This document shows positions 27,053 through 28,399 of a DNA stretch of 28,399 bases, piece after piece (positions within the stretch are counted from its first letter, which is position 1; each line of letters begins with the position of its first letter). The position numbers were made by a program, and so were the translations under genes. Below the pieces are notes generated by a model, which saw only the letters and a list, made by a program, of their open reading frames with translations, searched no databases and had not been told where the DNA came from. This DNA comes from Candidatus Hydrogenedentota bacterium (GTDB lineage Bacteria > Hydrogenedentota > Hydrogenedentia > Hydrogenedentales > SLHB01), in contig JARKSN010000284.1 of NCBI GenBank assembly GCA_029974275.1, forward strand, positions 1 through 28,399. The letters run 5' to 3'.

Positions 27053-27621
27053 AGGTTCGCTCCGCCTATCTTCAAGACCTGCTCCCGCAATTGTTCGCGC
27101 GCCCGGGCAATCCGGCTCTTCACCGTTCCCGCAGGGCAATGCGTGATGCGACCAATCGTGGCGTAATCAAGTCCGTCCATCTCGCGCAACACCAGAGCCT
27201 CCCGGTGTTCCGGCGACAGGGCCTCCATCGCCTGCTCCACGATCGATTCCACTTCGCGCCGCCGGGCATGCGCGCCGGGTCCGGGGCGATGGTCCGCCAC
27301 CGGCAACTCCCGGGCATCCTCCCGGATAAGCGCAAGGCCATCCACCCGGCGGGCGGTATCGCGCAGGAAATTCAACGTCAGGTTTCGGGCAATCCCAAAC
27401 AGCACCGTCGAGAACTTCGCCTTGGGCTCCAATCGATTCAGATGCCGGTAGATGCGCACAAAACTTTCTTGGGCCAGTTCCTCTGCGTCGTCGACGGTGC
27501 GCGTCATGCAGCGGCAGAAACGGAGGATGGGCGTCTGATAACGCGTCACCAGGGCCGAAAATGCACGCATATCGCCCGCGCGCGCCCGCGCCACGAGTTC
27601 CCAGTCGCTGTCTTCATTCAT
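27049..27621 (-). CDS. ECF (sigma70 group 4) RNA polymerase sigma factor, RpoE/SigW-like
   Basis: Region 2: D.ELV.RARAGD.RAF..LV.RY, DAEELAQESFVR, FST.LF.IARN. Region 4: LSPEHREALVLREMDGLDY..IG....CPAGTVKSRIARAR. Start is ATG 27621 (GAGGTG RBS) or 27642. Confidence 0.95.
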   Translation of the reverse strand: MNEDSDWELVARARAGDMRAFSALVTRYQTPILRFCRCMTRTVDDAEELAQESFVRIYRHLNRLEPKAKFSTVLFGIARNLTLNFLRDTARRVDGLALIREDARELPVADHRPGPGAHARRREVESIVEQAMEALSPEHREALVLREMDGLDYATIGRITHCPAGTVKSRIARAREQLREQVLKIGGANL

Positions 27622-27646
27622 GCGTCCGAGCACCTCGCTCATGCAT

Positions 27647-27675
27647 GTTGAACCCTGACGGAAAAAGGAAGTTCC
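27647..27675 (-). promoter_or_regulatory. Putative autoregulatory ECF (sigmaE-type) promoter
   Basis: Minus strand GGAACTT-N17-TCAAC directly upstream of the ECF gene, resembling the sigmaE consensus GGAACTT-N16/17-TCAAA. Confidence 0.65.
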
Positions 27676-27750
27676 AACGCTGCGCAGTTCCCGGAGTCGG
27701 GTCGGCGCGATCGCCCCAATGGCGGGCCACGCCTGCGGCAGGGAAGGGGG

Positions 27751-28167
27751 CTATCCCGACTCGGTTTCCTGGCGAGCTGCGGAACACAGAGCGGTCATCA
27801 TCGTGTGCAAGGCATGGGCTTCATCGAGAAAGGGGCGGATTGTTTCGGGAGAAGCCAGTTCCGCGCCGATGAGCAGGCGGAGCCAATAGCCGAGTTCTCG
27901 GCTGGCGCGGCGCGCGGACTCCAATCGCGATAAATGCGTCCGCTTGCTGTGGCAGTTGAAGGCCTCGGCCACGTCCGCGCCGATATCCGTGCTCAACCCC
28001 GTCACGCGGTCCACTACATGCCGCGGCGCGTTGGCGGGCAAGAGCGCAAGCAACTGCACCACCGCCACCGCGAATTGGAAAGACCTTTCTTCCACGTCGC
28101 GCGGATCGCGATCGTCTTGACCCTGTATGCGCGCAATACGAATTGAGAGCCCCTCCCCTTGGCGCAC
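27751..28167 (-). CDS. Four-helix-bundle protein (23S rRNA IVP / TIGR02436-like family), divergent
   Basis: Pattern D.EERSFQFA..VV.L...LP...IGA.V.EA....SK......L..ARR...E..YWLRLL......DEA..L. Start is GTG 28167 (GGAGGA RBS) or ATG 28215. Confidence 0.75.
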   Translation of the reverse strand: MRQGEGLSIRIARIQGQDDRDPRDVEERSFQFAVAVVQLLALLPANAPRHVVDRVTGLSTDIGADVAEAFNCHSKRTHLSRLESARRASRELGYWLRLLIGAELASPETIRPFLDEAHALHTMMTALCSAARQETESG

Positions 28168-28219
28168 CGTTTCCTCCGAGGCGACGGCCCGCGGCGCGTG
28201 CTCTTTTCTCTCCATGTCG

Positions 28220-28248
28220 ATGGTATACGGAATCCCGCAGTTGTGCAA
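28220..28248 (-). promoter_or_regulatory. Putative sigma70 promoter for the four-helix-bundle gene
   Basis: Minus strand TTGCAC-N17-TACCAT, ending 11 bp from the IS left end. Confidence 0.4.
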
Positions 28249-28259
28249 CCCCCCCCAGC

Positions 28260-28399
28260 CAGGGCTATCGCATTAAAATCTGAGTTCCGGGCAGACCTTG
28301 GCTCGTTTGTGATTTGCTTCCCCTTTTCGTTTGGTCGTTGGCGCCCCGCCCCACATACCCCATAAAGAAGAAGGGAGATTCGTGTGTTTTTCAGTAGTT
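28260..28399 (+). mobile_element. Left end of an ISAs1-family insertion sequence; left inverted repeat CAGGGCTATCGCATTAAAA at 28260-28278
   Basis: Perfect 19-bp reverse complement of the IR at 120-138. The internal sequence differs from the right end, so this is the left end. AAGGGAG followed by GTG near 28382 could be the transposase RBS and start. Confidence 0.85.

Noticed and set aside
27751..28215. Four-helix-bundle gene as the Avd of a diversity-generating retroelement
   Set aside because: No reverse transcriptase and no TR/VR repeat pair seen in the window.
139..28259. Idea that the window is a circular element carrying a single IS copy
   Set aside because: The flanks next to the two IRs (CGACAGATGG and CCCCCCCAGC) are not a direct repeat, as a single insertion's target duplication would require. 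No replication or integration genes are present.
1..28399. CRISPR arrays, tRNA, rRNA and long tandem DNA repeats
   Set aside because: None seen on reading. The TPR repeats are degenerate at DNA level, and the intergenic regions are short.

Overview
High-GC (roughly 60-70% by eye) Gram-negative-type bacterial DNA. The lineage cannot be fixed from the sequence. The window is bracketed by ISAs1-family ends in direct orientation. The transposase 3' end and right IR are at 1-138, and an identical 19-bp left IR starts at 28260, so this is probably a contig broken at IS repeats. The left half is mixed: a B12-binding radical SAM enzyme, a secreted multidomain beta-lactamase-fold serine hydrolase, a DUF3592-like membrane protein, a YegD-like Hsp70, a GT9 glycosyltransferase, a twin-CDGSH Fe-S protein, a low-GC Fic gene, an extended SDR and metF. 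The right half is a long minus-strand run. It starts with a four-helix-bundle protein and an ECF sigma / zinc anti-sigma / Spy-CpxP-like triad carrying a sigmaE-type promoter. A sigma54 activator with no sensor domain follows. The run ends in a polysaccharide export cluster: wza-like, wzc-like, O-acyltransferase, WecB/TagA/CpsF GT, two ~1000-aa TPR proteins and a GT4. The best candidate for an undescribed system is this cluster. It combines twin giant TPR scaffolds, a Wzc with degenerate Walker A' and oligomerisation motifs, and a sensor-less enhancer-binding protein. No wzx, wzy, initiating transferase or phosphatase is in view. All calls come from motif reading; no database searches were run.
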